Shown here: in pieces, positions 47,193 through 59,129 of the stretch
How the letters are laid out: each line of letters opens with the position of its first letter
Position numbering within the stretch: position 1 is the stretch's first letter
Assembly: GCA_040285745.1 (NCBI GenBank)
Contig: JAUFOR010000005.1
Location: 248,001 to 312,000 of the forward strand
DNA from: Barthelona sp. PCE
Lineage: Eukaryota
Direction of reading: 5' to 3'
DNA length: 64,000 nucleotides
The notes under the pieces: generated by a model
The model's input: only the letters and a program-made list of their open reading frames with translations
Told to the model about the DNA's origin: nothing
Database searches by the model: none
Program-made: the position numbers and the translations under genes

Positions 47193-49499
47193 ATGGAATC
47201 GTATTTTGAGAATAGGGCCATGAAATTACGAATGTTTTTGGCAAAATCAGATACACTGTACGTCACTCATTTAGTCGAAGAATTTGAATTGGAGGGTAAT
47301 GTTTTTGAGAAAGGGTGCGTTATTAATGTGCAAACAGATGGGCAGATCACTGACTGGTTTAAGGAAAGAGTAACAAATGGAGATAATTTTAGTATCAAAA
47401 ATCCACATTTATACCTTTCTTTGGAGGGTACTGGGCCGCTGATAAGACTCAAGGGCGACTGTAGTGATTTAATGGATGGCTCCGGAAAATCATTCGGGGA
47501 AAAAAAGTGCTATTTTGTTAAAGAACTCAGCACCGTAAATTTTGGATCGCGAAAAGAAAAATTTGATATATTCGGGTACATATCCGGCGTATTTATTGCT
47601 GTTGATAATCTTTGTTATCGATATGAACTGTGTGATTTTGAAGATCCCAGTTGCATCATCAGGTTGCATGTTTACGTAAGAAGAAATGCCGAAAGCATCA
47701 AGACAATGGTGGCCATAAGGCCTGGCTGCATATGCCTAGCAGCTAACTGTATGAAGGGAACAGATTACTATGTGTCAAACACAAGCAGTGACGATGCAAC
47801 AATTTCAGTATTTTCATGCTCTAAACCATCCAGACCGGAGAGGGTGGAGACGAATCTCTCGTGCATTGTTCCTAAACGAGGCTTTTTGATTGGGAATTCG
47901 ATATTCCGCTTGCTATACCACGTGTCTTATATTCGTAAGAACAATCATGATTTTTGTGTCTATGATGACAAGTTTCGTAAGATCTCCAAGAAAATGCCCA
48001 GACTTGGCGTGAATATGATACTAAAGGATGCACCGAATATTCCAAGACGTGTGTTCATCAGCCGCCTCAAATTCAATAGAGCAGTGCTCCAATGCAGGTT
48101 TTTGTCCGCGTCGTCATCCAACAAGAACAACGCAGTGTTCGTCTGTGACTCAACAGTCAGTCATTCGGTTGGTTTTCCATTGTCAAATACCCCAATTGCA
48201 TTCGCCGATATGGTTAAGTCATTGAAAATGATGCCTTGTACGGTTCTTCAGGTTAAAATAGCCAGCTGGATGATGCCCGACTTCGTTGAGAGAGTCAAGC
48301 ACGGAGATATCATCTTCTTTACATCAATCGAACCGGTGAGCGCCCTCGGATCTGTTCATTTCAGGATGTCGGCGGGGTGCAAAATTCTCATCAAAAATAA
48401 TGATCCCCAAGGTATGCTGATTAAGGCAGGGTTATTACCAACAATGCGGACAGAGCAGGATATTTTGAGAGCTTTTGTTGATATGGGCAGGCTTCCACCC
48501 ACTTTGGCGTACTCCAGCACGAGCACCAGCCCTGTTACGATGCAGACGGTTTCTCAGCCAAAGGAGACTGTTGCACCTCACATATTGGAACTGGATTCGA
48601 TAGAGGGCCCTTTGGCCATACCCCTCAACCTGGATGTGGAGGAGATTGGGAAACCTACAAAGAAAACTCATACCATCTTCAGCGGTCGTGAGTTGCCCAT
48701 AATGAGTATCATAATTGCAAAGTACTTTAAGGAAGGGCACTACCCGATGGGGGTGTTTGGGGAGGCCCTGAGTCAGGTAGGTGTTGCACCAAGGTTTCAG
48801 CCATCCTTTGCGCAGAAATATGCCACCGTTACACAGTTTATGCGCTTAAACGAGGATGGAGAGTCTATGGTCATACGAGGTAGGATCAGGAGCTTCCCAC
48901 AACGTGTGCAGTGGTCATACTGTGAATGCTTCAGGTGCAAGCGCATGTTCAGTGACGTGCAGAGGAAGGATGCTATCTGCCCAATGTGTCACATGCACAA
49001 CAATATGGGCTTGAACACGACACCTGATATGAGTAGTGATTCAGCTCACCCTATGTCACCCTTCACCTCCCCGGAGATTGGGGTGCATAGTCTATCAAGT
49101 GTTTTTGGAATTTCTCCAAAAGTCAGCAAAATTCAAGCCACCAGTTTGAGTTCATCAACATCATCACAAGAGAGTATAGTGGGCTTCCCCCCGAACCAGC
49201 GGACGTTTCTGAACAACCAACGAAGTCCTAGTTATCTTTACACGTGTCCTTTCGTTTTTCAAGACATGTTTGGTAAGAATGTTTTTTGTTACCTAAATGA
49301 GAACTCACTTATTCGCTTCTTCGGGTTGGAGGTTTTTAGTCTGGACGATCTATCTGAGCATGATAAAGAGATGATTGATGGGAAAATTTCCCTTATTGTA
49401 CGTAATTTAGATGATTGGTGTTATGATATGTTAATGATTAAGGATAAAAACATTTGTATGGTCTATGCCACAGCTTTAAATGATGATATTATGAAATAG
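47193..49499 (+). CDS. POT1: POT1-like telomere ssDNA-binding protein (multiple OB folds, Zn site)
   Basis: OB1-like FDIFGYI...LCD...RPGCI; OB2-like VFVCDST...VKHGDIIFF; C-terminal IRGRIRSFP...CFRC...CPMC...YTCPFVFQDMFG...RFFG parallels POT1 OB3. Confidence 0.6.
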   Translation: MESYFENRAMKLRMFLAKSDTLYVTHLVEEFELEGNVFEKGCVINVQTDGQITDWFKERVTNGDNFSIKNPHLYLSLEGTGPLIRLKGDCSDLMDGSGKSFGEKKCYFVKELSTVNFGSRKEKFDIFGYISGVFIAVDNLCYRYELCDFEDPSCIIRLHVYVRRNAESIKTMVAIRPGCICLAANCMKGTDYYVSNTSSDDATISVFSCSKPSRPERVETNLSCIVPKRGFLIGNSIFRLLYHVSYIRKNNHDFCVYDDKFRKISKKMPRLGVNMILKDAPNIPRRVFISRLKFNRAVLQCRFLSASSSNKNNAVFVCDSTVSHSVGFPLSNTPIAFADMVKSLKMMPCTVLQVKIASWMMPDFVERVKHGDIIFFTSIEPVSALGSVHFRMSAGCKILIKNNDPQGMLIKAGLLPTMRTEQDILRAFVDMGRLPPTLAYSSTSTSPVTMQTVSQPKETVAPHILELDSIEGPLAIPLNLDVEEIGKPTKKTHTIFSGRELPIMSIIIAKYFKEGHYPMGVFGEALSQVGVAPRFQPSFAQKYATVTQFMRLNEDGESMVIRGRIRSFPQRVQWSYCECFRCKRMFSDVQRKDAICPMCHMHNNMGLNTTPDMSSDSAHPMSPFTSPEIGVHSLSSVFGISPKVSKIQATSLSSSTSSQESIVGFPPNQRTFLNNQRSPSYLYTCPFVFQDMFGKNVFCYLNENSLIRFFGLEVFSLDDLSEHDKEMIDGKISLIVRNLDDWCYDMLMIKDKNICMVYATALNDDIMK

Positions 49500-49549
49500 G
49501 TTAAGGTTATGAGTAAAAATATTAAACACTTTTATTACTATTACAATTA

Positions 49550-50133
49550 TTACTTCTTTGCACGATACTTAGTCATCAAAAACAATGCATAGATCTGATA
49601 ACCAAAGACACCCATCAATATGAATGAGGTAAGGGTGAAAGGAATATAGAAAAGACCGACAAATGAAAAACATCTGTAAATCAGAACACCCCAACCAGCA
49701 GCGTTTGTGTAGATTCGGTACCAGACGAAGCATTCTATGGCTGTCACTAAAAGTACTTCCAAAAACACTACGAATGTAATGTCATAATCAATATGTACTG
49801 CTCCAAAAAAGCTAAAAATCCATGCGAAAGTGCCCAATACCATGACAATAGCTAGAACAGTGCTGACAGCAAGAGCTTGGAATTTCATCTTCTTAAACCG
49901 AATAGGGTAGTTAACTACCTCATCAACCGGAACAGCGTATCTTCCCGAGACGTTTTCGTACATAAATGAAGCCCTTTTTGTGTGATATGGGTAAAAAAAA
50001 TGTTTGGTGTTTTTTTCAAAGTTGTCTTCTTTGGGATACACTCCGGTATAAAATGTAAATAGCCACATGGAGAGGTAGTATACAGCATGTGAAAATGGAT
50101 AATGAACCTGCACATTTTTTTTGTTTTGTCTCA
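49550..50133 (-). CDS. Four-TM membrane protein, possibly SCAMP-like
   Basis: Four hydrophobic segments; CFVWYRIY resembles the SCAMP E-peptide CWYRPxY. Start uncertain (ATG 50133 or 50068). Confidence 0.55.
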
Positions 50134-50345
50134 TTAACTGTAGTAGCTCTGTTTTCGCTGAATAATTCTTGTTTGTGTCGGTTAGAATCCGTTTTATCAC
50201 TGCTACTTATTTGCTCACATCAATCAAAAATAGCTTGCTATTATGGCTTTGTTTCATAACTAATCTTTATCATTAGGTGCGCAAATCAACGAAAGAACAC
50301 CACAAAACGGTTGTCTCATCTGCATTCTCATATTCTACCTTTTCA

Positions 50346-53006
50346 ATGGAAAAAACTCGTTCTCTGAGAACAGTTTACGGGACCCTAGAGCCAGCACCTA
50401 GCACATATCTATACAGGGGATCGAAGAGCGATGGACGTGCAGGTCTTCAGACACTGTTGAACGTAAAGCATCATTTGCCACCAAGTTTGCACGCAACACG
50501 AACACCACGCAATATAGACCGAAAGAGCAACGCACCTAAGCGACAGTTCGGCACAGGGACAGTTTTTATGCGTTGTGTCAACTCGATTATGGGGGTTATC
50601 GCATTCCTTCGTGTTTGTTGGGTTGCAGGTCACGCAGGTCTTGGCTACGCCTCCCTGGTGGTCACCGTCGGCCTCATAACAACTTTTATCACATCCCTCA
50701 GTCTCGCGGCCATATCATCCAATGGTGAGATTGGTGGCGGTGGTCTTTTTTGGTTAATATCTCGCAACCTCGGCCCGGCATGGGGCGGGTCAATCGGTAT
50801 GCTGTACTGTATTGCAATGGCAGTAGGAACAGCGTTGCACACTTTCGGTTTCGCAGAGACTATCACATCGTTTTACACTGATCCATTTACTTCTTCTTTT
50901 GTGTGGGATCAACGAGTTATATGTCTCATCGCGATCTTCATCATGTTATTTGTTGCTATTTTCGGAATTAGCTTCGTCATGAAACTTCAAACGTTGTTAA
51001 TGATTTTCCTTTTAGTGGCAATCATGTCCTTCTTGTTGGGCACAGTAATTCCAGTTTCAGAGGCGACTGGGTACACAGGGTTCTCTTGGGACACATTGAA
51101 GTCTAATTACTCACCTGTTTGGGGCGATCAGTCACTTGCGATAGTTTTTGCTGTCTATTTTCCTGCAGCAGGTGGTCTTTTGGCGGGTTCTAGCGTCTCT
51201 GCGGAGCTGAAGGACCCACAGAAGAGTATTGGTATTGGTACATTCGCAGCAGTTATTGTCACCAATGTTCTTTATTACTTAATAGTTTTCCTCGCTTGCG
51301 GATCAGTCCAGGGTGCAACTCTCCGCGAAAATACACTGATCATGAAGGATGTTTCTCTCTGGGCCCCGCTTTTGTACGCAGGCTTATTCGCAGCATCTTT
51401 AAGTTCAGCCATTTCATCATTGGACAGTGCCCCACGTATCCTCCAGGCGGTGGCCCAGGACGAGATCTTCCCGTCGAAGATTGTTAGTTTCTTTGCCAAA
51501 ATGAGCAAATCAGGTGAGCCAATCAGAGCGTACATCCTGAGTTTTATTGTTGCGCAGATCTGTGTTCTGGTTGGAGATCTTAACCTGATCGCACCCATCC
51601 TTTCCAATTTCATGCTTTTGAGCTACACGCTCTTGAACTATGCAGTTTTTGCCATTCATCGCAGTGAGGCTATTTCATGGCGTCCGAGCTGGAAGTTCTA
51701 CCATCCTTATGTTAGTCTGATTGGAGCCATCGTGTCTTTAGCGAGTATGTTATACATGAATTTGCTGTTTGGACTCGTTTCCATCATTATTTGCCTATTA
51801 TTTTATTATATTATTGACAAGGCCGGACCTGAGGTTAATTGGGGCACTTGCGCGGACTCTGCCCTGTATGTCGAGGCAGTACTTAACACACTGAAGCTAA
51901 GCGCTCTGAAAAGTCACATCAAGACATACAGGCCGTCTTTCCTCGTTTTCTCATCTTGTACGTTACAGGATGTACGTCAGTCGTCTCTCATGGACGGCAC
52001 AACGACGGACGAAAGCGATATGGAACTGGAGATCAAGATCGACTTTATGGAGGAGGAAGAGGAAAAGGAGGAGCAGCGCGTTTCAAGAATTTCGCAATCT
52101 GTGACTCAGCACAACTTGTATGGAAGCCCATCTGTGCTTGATCTCCAGCTGTTAGCATTCGTCCAGACGCTATGGAAGAGCAGAGGTGTGGTAGTATGCG
52201 GCCATGGAATTATAACTGAGGATGAGACAGAGACAGTGCAGGAGCTTCGTCTGGAATTGTTACTACGAAGCAACCGCCTGCGTCAAGAGCTCACCGACTT
52301 TGTTCAGATCCATAATATTAAGGGTTTCGTTGACGTTGTCCACTCAAATGATCGAATCTCAGCGCTTGATCAGCTCCTACAAAGCAGTGGTGTCGGCGCT
52401 TTGAGACCAAACACGGCAGTATTCAGGCTCGATATTATCCGAAAGCCTGAGGAACTCGTCGAAACAATTAATCATGTGCTTCTGAGCAACCACGCAATCA
52501 TGTTATGCTCAAATATTCAAAACTGTGTCTTTGATGTTGGAAACATGGCTTGGGAGAAGAAGACGATCGATCTCTGGTGGATGAGTGATGATGGTGGGTT
52601 CTCACTTCTGATTCCGTTCATTATGAGATTGAACGAAGGTTATGAAAATCTGGAATTCCGAATTTTCTCGATTTCAACAAGTAAGAACCCTAAAAAGATC
52701 GCAAAACACGCAGCCACATTCTCTAAGATGCTTAGTATGTTTAGAATTAAGGCTACTGTGGAAACGCCAAATATGATTAAGTCAGAAGTTAATCACGAGT
52801 CAGAAACTGCTCAAAAGATCGCTTCACTGGCGCTAACAGTCAAACAGTACAGTATGAACGCCGCGTATGTTTATATCACACTTCCACTGCCCAATAAGAT
52901 TTCAGCAGATCAATACTGTCACTTGTTGCATGATTTAACAGACGATCTTCCACCAACTATCCTGCTCCGTGGAACAAACGAACCAGTGTTAACGTTTGAC
53001 GGATAA
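50346..53006 (+). CDS. SLC12 cation-chloride cotransporter
   Basis: VFMRCVNSIMGVIAFLR, GGGLFWLISRNLGPAWGGSIG, YFPAAGG, SAELKDPQKSI, SAPRILQAVAQD, WRPSWK, IDLWWMSDDGG, LPPTILLRG; first ATG at 50346. Confidence 0.95.
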   Translation: MEKTRSLRTVYGTLEPAPSTYLYRGSKSDGRAGLQTLLNVKHHLPPSLHATRTPRNIDRKSNAPKRQFGTGTVFMRCVNSIMGVIAFLRVCWVAGHAGLGYASLVVTVGLITTFITSLSLAAISSNGEIGGGGLFWLISRNLGPAWGGSIGMLYCIAMAVGTALHTFGFAETITSFYTDPFTSSFVWDQRVICLIAIFIMLFVAIFGISFVMKLQTLLMIFLLVAIMSFLLGTVIPVSEATGYTGFSWDTLKSNYSPVWGDQSLAIVFAVYFPAAGGLLAGSSVSAELKDPQKSIGIGTFAAVIVTNVLYYLIVFLACGSVQGATLRENTLIMKDVSLWAPLLYAGLFAASLSSAISSLDSAPRILQAVAQDEIFPSKIVSFFAKMSKSGEPIRAYILSFIVAQICVLVGDLNLIAPILSNFMLLSYTLLNYAVFAIHRSEAISWRPSWKFYHPYVSLIGAIVSLASMLYMNLLFGLVSIIICLLFYYIIDKAGPEVNWGTCADSALYVEAVLNTLKLSALKSHIKTYRPSFLVFSSCTLQDVRQSSLMDGTTTDESDMELEIKIDFMEEEEEKEEQRVSRISQSVTQHNLYGSPSVLDLQLLAFVQTLWKSRGVVVCGHGIITEDETETVQELRLELLLRSNRLRQELTDFVQIHNIKGFVDVVHSNDRISALDQLLQSSGVGALRPNTAVFRLDIIRKPEELVETINHVLLSNHAIMLCSNIQNCVFDVGNMAWEKKTIDLWWMSDDGGFSLLIPFIMRLNEGYENLEFRIFSISTSKNPKKIAKHAATFSKMLSMFRIKATVETPNMIKSEVNHESETAQKIASLALTVKQYSMNAAYVYITLPLPNKISADQYCHLLHDLTDDLPPTILLRGTNEPVLTFDG

Positions 53007-53290
53007 TAAATTTTTTGGTTTCGTAAGTTTCGGTATTTAACTTTGCAACAAGAAGAGTGAATTAATATTCAAAGGGGCTTTGTTAAGGACATAACCATAA
53101 AAAATGTTTGAATGAGCTGAAAAGCTTCAAGGCTCCTTTCGTTGTTAAATTGTATTTTGCATTGAAAAAAGCGTTTGCGGAGGTATGTCATAAACATTTG
53201 CATTCACCAAAGTAATGAAAAATTATTCAAAAAGGAAGAGCAGGTTGTTTTACTTATTCATTCCCTTTTCATTGCTCGTTTTTAGTTCGG

Positions 53291-56130
53291 ATGGAACATT
53301 TGCACTCGGAACTCGAAGAGTATAAGCAGCTGAATGAGAATCTCATGAAGAAAGTTCAAAATCAAGCAAAGTATGAAAAATCAACATTCCTTTGTAACAC
53401 CATCTAACATTCAGAGAATTGATGTCTAAACAATTGATCATCGATGAGCTTCAAGAATTCAATGAGCTCTACCAGGCAAAGATTGCAGAACAGATAAATG
53501 AAGTCGACGCTAAGCTTGAGACTGGTGGGCGAAAGGATCCTAGTCTTATTGCCACCGAAGCTCACCACAAAAAGCGGTACTCTGAACTTGAGAATCAATT
53601 CATAACACTTGAAAACGAATATAAGAGGTTGAAGAAGCGTCATGAGGAGTCCACAGTGGAGCACAAGGGTCTCAGGGACGCACATGACGAGCTTTTCAGA
53701 CGTCATAAGAACAGTGAAGATAGTCGTAAGAAATTACGCAGGCTTATCAAATCCAGTGAGTCCAAGCTGGAACAGAAGGCCAACGCCCTCAAGGAGCTCG
53801 AAGCGCGTGTTTCCACCAACGCAGAGCACAAGATGATGCGCAAGAACACTATCTTGAAGGACCGCGTAGGTCTATTAACAGAAGAAGTTGCTGATCTGAA
53901 GGAAGCATTGAAGCAGGAAGCAATTGCTGGCGAGGAGGCACGTGCATTCATTTCTGTGCTCAAGGCAGCCCTCGAGGAGAAGGCTATTGAGTTGTTTGGA
54001 TCAAAGAAGAAGAGCCGTGTTCTTATTGAGTTGCAATCTTTGCGTCAGGAAAATTCTGAGTTGAGGGATGAGAAGAACCGTTTATTGAACGGAAACAGCG
54101 CTCTAGAAAGAGAAAATGTTCAGTTACAGGAACAAGTTAACGAAATTTCAAGCGCTGATATCGATAATTTACGTAATGAGTTGTTACACTATCAAAGCGA
54201 TATTACCGTTCTCAACGAGGAGAAGACAGCACTGCTGGAGGTTGTAACAGATAACCAGCAGAAATTGAGTGATTATGAGGATATGGAGCAACGTTGTCAA
54301 GAGATTGAGGCCGAATTAACTTTGGTAACTGAGAAGTATAATGAGACTAGGATCTTGGCATCGTCGTTGGTGAACGTCGAGGAGGACAAGGCTATGTTAA
54401 TGCAGGAGGTGTCTCGTCTTGAGAAGGAAAAGAGTGATATGCAGAAAAAGATCAGCAGTACACTCACACTTCATTCAGATGTCCAGACTGAGAAGGAGAG
54501 TCTTTTACAGGAGCATAATAACGTGCAAACGGAATATACAAGCCTGAAGCATATGTACGAGCAGCGAAATAGAGAATGCGCTGATTATAAGCGTATTGTA
54601 TCCGAACTCGACGGAGATAAGACATTATTGACTGAGCAGCTCACCAAGATGCAGGAGATGATGACTTCTTTCGGAGCCAACTACGAAGATCTGGTTCAGG
54701 AGAAGCAGGATCTTCGTCAAAAGTATGAGGAGCTCAAGAAGAACTCTTCAAATACTGTTCAACAGATGAAACGCGAAACCGATATGAAGAACGCACTGGA
54801 GGATCAATGTGAGATGTATGAGAACGAAATCAGCACATACAAGGTTCAGATTGATTCCAACAACGAGCTCATAGAAAAGTGCAACGATGAGATCAAGATG
54901 CTAGAAGGCGATGTGCAGACATTGGAACAAGCAATGCTAACTAAGGACGGCGTTATTGATTCACTTAGAACGATGGTTTCTGAACTCACATCGAAGAATA
55001 GTGAGTTGACAACATCCGTTGGTGAATTGCGTTCAACCAGTGAGTTGACACACCAGTTTTTCGATAAAGAGAGACGAACATTCCTCGATTTACAGCAGCA
55101 GTTCATGGATATTAAGCAGAAGTACAGCGAGCTTGAAATTACGCACGCCACCATGATGCAGCGCAAGGACACTGTGGAGCTAGAACTGAACAGTTTGTTG
55201 AAGTCGAAGAATGCAAACGAGAGACGCATTACCGAGCTTGAGCACGAGAAGGGTGCACTCGTTACCGCCACATCAGATATGGAAGCGCTTAACCAGCATA
55301 TTAGAGTTCTGGAAGCTCAAGAAGAGCAGAATATTGAAGAAATTAAGGAGTTGAAGGAAAACATTGATGAGCTCCAATCATTATTGCAGGATATGAGCAC
55401 CCGTGAAGGATCGTTGTTGAAGGAGAAGGATGCGATTGAAGCCGAATACCAAGATCATAAGGATTCGATTAAGTTACACTCTGACGTATTTATCGAGAAG
55501 ATCAAATCACTGCAGCGTGAGAACGAGATGTTAGTCAATGAGAAGGGTAACAACGAGCAGCTCAATGAGTTGTTGAAGATCAGAAGCGATGCAGTTTCGT
55601 CATTGGAGACTGAAAACAGTGATCTTGAGGATAAGTTGCGCTATGTTAACGCAAAGAATGAGAAGATCATCGAAGAGAACACGTTACTCAAGGAACAGGT
55701 TGAGAAGATGTCAGATTCAATCGAATATAGTAACATTAAGTATCAAAAATCCATGGATTTGATTCAAACTCAAAAAGAAGAAGGTGAGAAGCGTATGCAG
55801 GCTGAGATTAGAGCCCTTGCCAACAGGGTTGTCAATCTTAATGACCAGGTTTCTTCACCTATGCCAAAGGGTACACTTAATCACACACATGATTTACGTA
55901 CATCGCAGCTACACACTGATACACTCGCTGATGATAGGGACTATACAGTGGACAAGACGCTGAGCCCCCACCGTTCAGTGAATAAGACACTGCGTGATCG
56001 TATTGAAGGTTTACAATCAAGCATAAATAGCGTTAATTCACCGTCTGCTATTGACGCTAGACTTGCTACCATTCGTGCTCGTTTCCAAACAATCCAGAAC
56101 AAGTACGCTACGCCTAAAAAGAGTATGTAA
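53291..56130 (+). CDS. Long coiled-coil protein; exons 53291-53370 and 53415-56130
   Basis: 44-nt intron GTATGA...TCTAACATTCAG (53371-53414) joins MEHLHSELEEY...QAK to ELMSKQ in frame. Confidence 0.88.
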
Positions 56131-56169
56131 ACACATTTTTTCGAATGAAAAGCTTAATATTCACATTTA

Positions 56170-57328
56170 CTATTCCAGAATACTCTTGATTTGAGCTTGT
56201 TGTTCATCAGTAAGAGTATCTGGGAAGACCACTTCAACGTCCAGCAACATATCACCACGTCTACTAGCTCTGTTGTGATGTGGCATACCTTCAGAAGGAA
56301 TACGAATAACTTGATTAGGTTTTGTGACTTGGCTTCGATCAATCGTTACATAGTGATCATCTAAATGTTTGATCTTGGTCTGGAATCCTGTAAGCGCCTG
56401 TAGAAGTGTGATTTTTAATTTTGTACGAAGATTATCCCCCTCACGAACAAAAACAGGGTGAGGTAATGTGACGATTTGCAATTTCAAATTGTTAGCCTTG
56501 ATCTTCGGCGTCTCATCTGTCATACCAGCAAATGTGATGTGTTGTCCATCACGCATGCCACGTTCAATACTGACAGGGACAACATCACTTCCAACAATGA
56601 CCTTATGACCCTTACAGTGTGGACACTTGCGCTTAATGGTTTCACCTGTGCCTCCGCAGTGTGGGCAGGGCATCTGGGACTGTTGGAAGAAGCCTGGTCC
56701 AATTTGAACTCGCTTCGATATCATACCAGTACCATGACAGTGATTACATTTTGCAACATCCGCTTTCGATTTTGCTCCAGAACCTTGACATTTAGGGCAT
56801 ATCTTCTGTCTGCCAATCGATAATTCAGTGATTTTTCCAGAATAAAGTTCTTCAAGCGTAACAGGGAAAGGAATAATGAGTTCAGGACCCATTTGAATGT
56901 GTGATCCCCTGTTACCCCTGTTTTGCCCACCAAAATTGAACTGGAAACCACTGCCACCACCGCCAAACATATTAAAAATGTCAAAAGGATTGTGCTGGGG
57001 TTGTTCATTTTCTTGTTTAAGGCCCTCCTCTCCGAATTTATCATAGATCTCCCTCTTTTCTTTGTTTGATAGTACTTCATAAGCTAAAAATTAGTTGTTA
57101 GAACAAAAAAAAAATCATACCTTGGGCGATTTCAATGAATTTATCCTCCGCTGCTGGATCATCAGGGTTCTTGTCTGGATGCCATTTCAATGACAGTTCG
57201 CGATATGCCCTACGAATGCCTTTTTTTGTGGAATCTCTGCTTACCCCAAGGACTTCATAATAATCCCTACCGGCACTTGCGACGGCCAGAAGCAACAGGA
57301 AAGCGATGTAGTAGAAACGAGTTTCCAT
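56170..57328 (-). CDS. ER-luminal type I DnaJ (Scj1/ERdj3-like); exons 57328-57121 and 57083-56170
   Basis: Signal peptide, J domain with WHPDKN. The 37-nt intron GTATGA...ACTAATTTTTAG (57084-57120) restores AYEVLS. G/F region, CxxCxGxG repeats, DnaJ C-domain. Confidence 0.95.
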
Positions 57329-57518
57329 GAATGAGGTGTATTCGTTAAAACAAGTTTGTTTCAAGTAAATCTATTTTTTACATGAGCTCAACTTCTCTAA
57401 AAGTCTTCAAAGATCTGTGTTTAACTATACTTCATGAAATATTGACACATGTGATCAACCTGCACTTTTTAGAAGTTAACTATCAATATAAACACTATAA
57501 TTTATGAAATACATTTCA

Positions 57519-59129
57519 TTATTCTATGTCTATCTCACCGTTTGAGGAACGAATCAAAGTCAAAAGCCTAGTTGGTAAGCTATGGCTTTTCAGTTGAGGC
57601 GCATACAATCTAAGCTTCGATGTATCAATTAAAGACTCCTCTCTTATCTTTTCCACATGTTTGAGGACTGAATTTAGCTTTTTTTGTTTTAGTTTTGCTT
57701 GTCTAAGAGAAATCACTTTATCTATTCTCTTCTTTTTTTCTTTCTTTTTCTTTGTTGATAAAAAGGAGGAGTTCTTAGTTAATACAAACCCATGGCTAAA
57801 TACAGCAGATAAACCAACATATTCGGCTATTTGTTTAGCAAGAATGGGATAAACAGAAGCTTCCTGGCTTTCCATAGTGTTAAAGTCAAGATTCTGTTCA
57901 GAAACGCGAAGAAATGTGTCTATAGGAGTGATGCAACATAGATCTTCGTCCAATAGTTGAAAAATCTGAAAAATTACTGAGTTAGACAAAGCGTAATGAA
58001 CAGGTAACTTTAACCTCTCACTGGCTACTAGCAAATCAAATCCTTCAACATAATCCAGATGCTGTCTATAAAATGAATAGAACATATTGTCAAAACTTGT
58101 ATACCTTTTCATATAAGTATAAAATTTTTTAAGAGCATAATTACGAGAAGTTTTAAACATATTTTTAATACTACGGTAACTGATATCTTCTAAAAAGGAC
58201 GAATAATCCACTTCAGATGTTACAGGAATGATTCTATGCAATTTGGTTTTGTACATGTTGAGATGAGCAGTTTTTCGAATTCGCTCCATGATACGATATC
58301 TAAATTCCCGTTCCGTCGCAGTTCGTTCTCTTTTGTGATGATTAGCAGTTATGTATGTGATTGCATGGCAATTAAAATGATTGATATTTGATTGATTGAA
58401 TAAAGAGTTAAATAATACAAGCATGATGAAGGGGAGCAGATTATAAACCACAGCGAAAACCTTTGTCTTTGGTCTTATTTCTCCAAAACCTAACAATGAA
58501 CAGAAGAGATCAAATTGAGACTTGCACAGGTTTGTAGACTGAAAATAGTACACAAACACAGCAAGGGTGATGAAAGCGGTGGTGTACTGTGGCTTAAAAT
58601 ACTTTAAATATCGTGTTAGTTGTACGTTCTGCTTTGCTATTAGATTTCGAGGCAGGAGATCGGAGATGGCTGATGCGTTACAATTTGCAAGTGTACGATC
58701 ATCTACAGCTAATAGCATGTTGAAGAATAGCATATCTTTGGGATTAACCGATTGAAAATCAAAAAAAACTGTTGAACCGCAAAATATTTCACCATTACTC
58801 AGCATACCATATAATTGCTGTGTTGTGTCGCTGACAAACTGTCTGTTTAGAATCGAAACATGGCCCACTGATTGCTGTGCGCTTTGAGAATTAAGATATT
58901 CACAAAATTGTTGTGTCTCATGCTTGTTATTGATGCTTGCAAGTGGAGAATAGCTTAGATAATCAATATCCCCACGGGTTCCATCCGGTAAATCATCATC
59001 AAAGTCGGTATTATGATCCGAGTCTTGGAAAATTACTTGATGTGCCCCAAAAATCAGTTTACGCGGGTTGAGACCGCTTATCTCCCGTATAGACGGTCCG
59101 CATGTGATCAAATCGACCACATTTGTCAT
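57519..59129 (-). CDS. Hypothetical AT-rich protein with a Lys-rich (NLS-like) C-terminal patch
   Basis: 536-aa intact ORF; KKKKEKKKR. Confidence 0.7.
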   Translation of the reverse strand: MTNVVDLITCGPSIREISGLNPRKLIFGAHQVIFQDSDHNTDFDDDLPDGTRGDIDYLSYSPLASINNKHETQQFCEYLNSQSAQQSVGHVSILNRQFVSDTTQQLYGMLSNGEIFCGSTVFFDFQSVNPKDMLFFNMLLAVDDRTLANCNASAISDLLPRNLIAKQNVQLTRYLKYFKPQYTTAFITLAVFVYYFQSTNLCKSQFDLFCSLLGFGEIRPKTKVFAVVYNLLPFIMLVLFNSLFNQSNINHFNCHAITYITANHHKRERTATEREFRYRIMERIRKTAHLNMYKTKLHRIIPVTSEVDYSSFLEDISYRSIKNMFKTSRNYALKKFYTYMKRYTSFDNMFYSFYRQHLDYVEGFDLLVASERLKLPVHYALSNSVIFQIFQLLDEDLCCITPIDTFLRVSEQNLDFNTMESQEASVYPILAKQIAEYVGLSAVFSHGFVLTKNSSFLSTKKKKEKKKRIDKVISLRQAKLKQKKLNSVLKHVEKIREESLIDTSKLRLYAPQLKSHSLPTRLLTLIRSSNGEIDIE

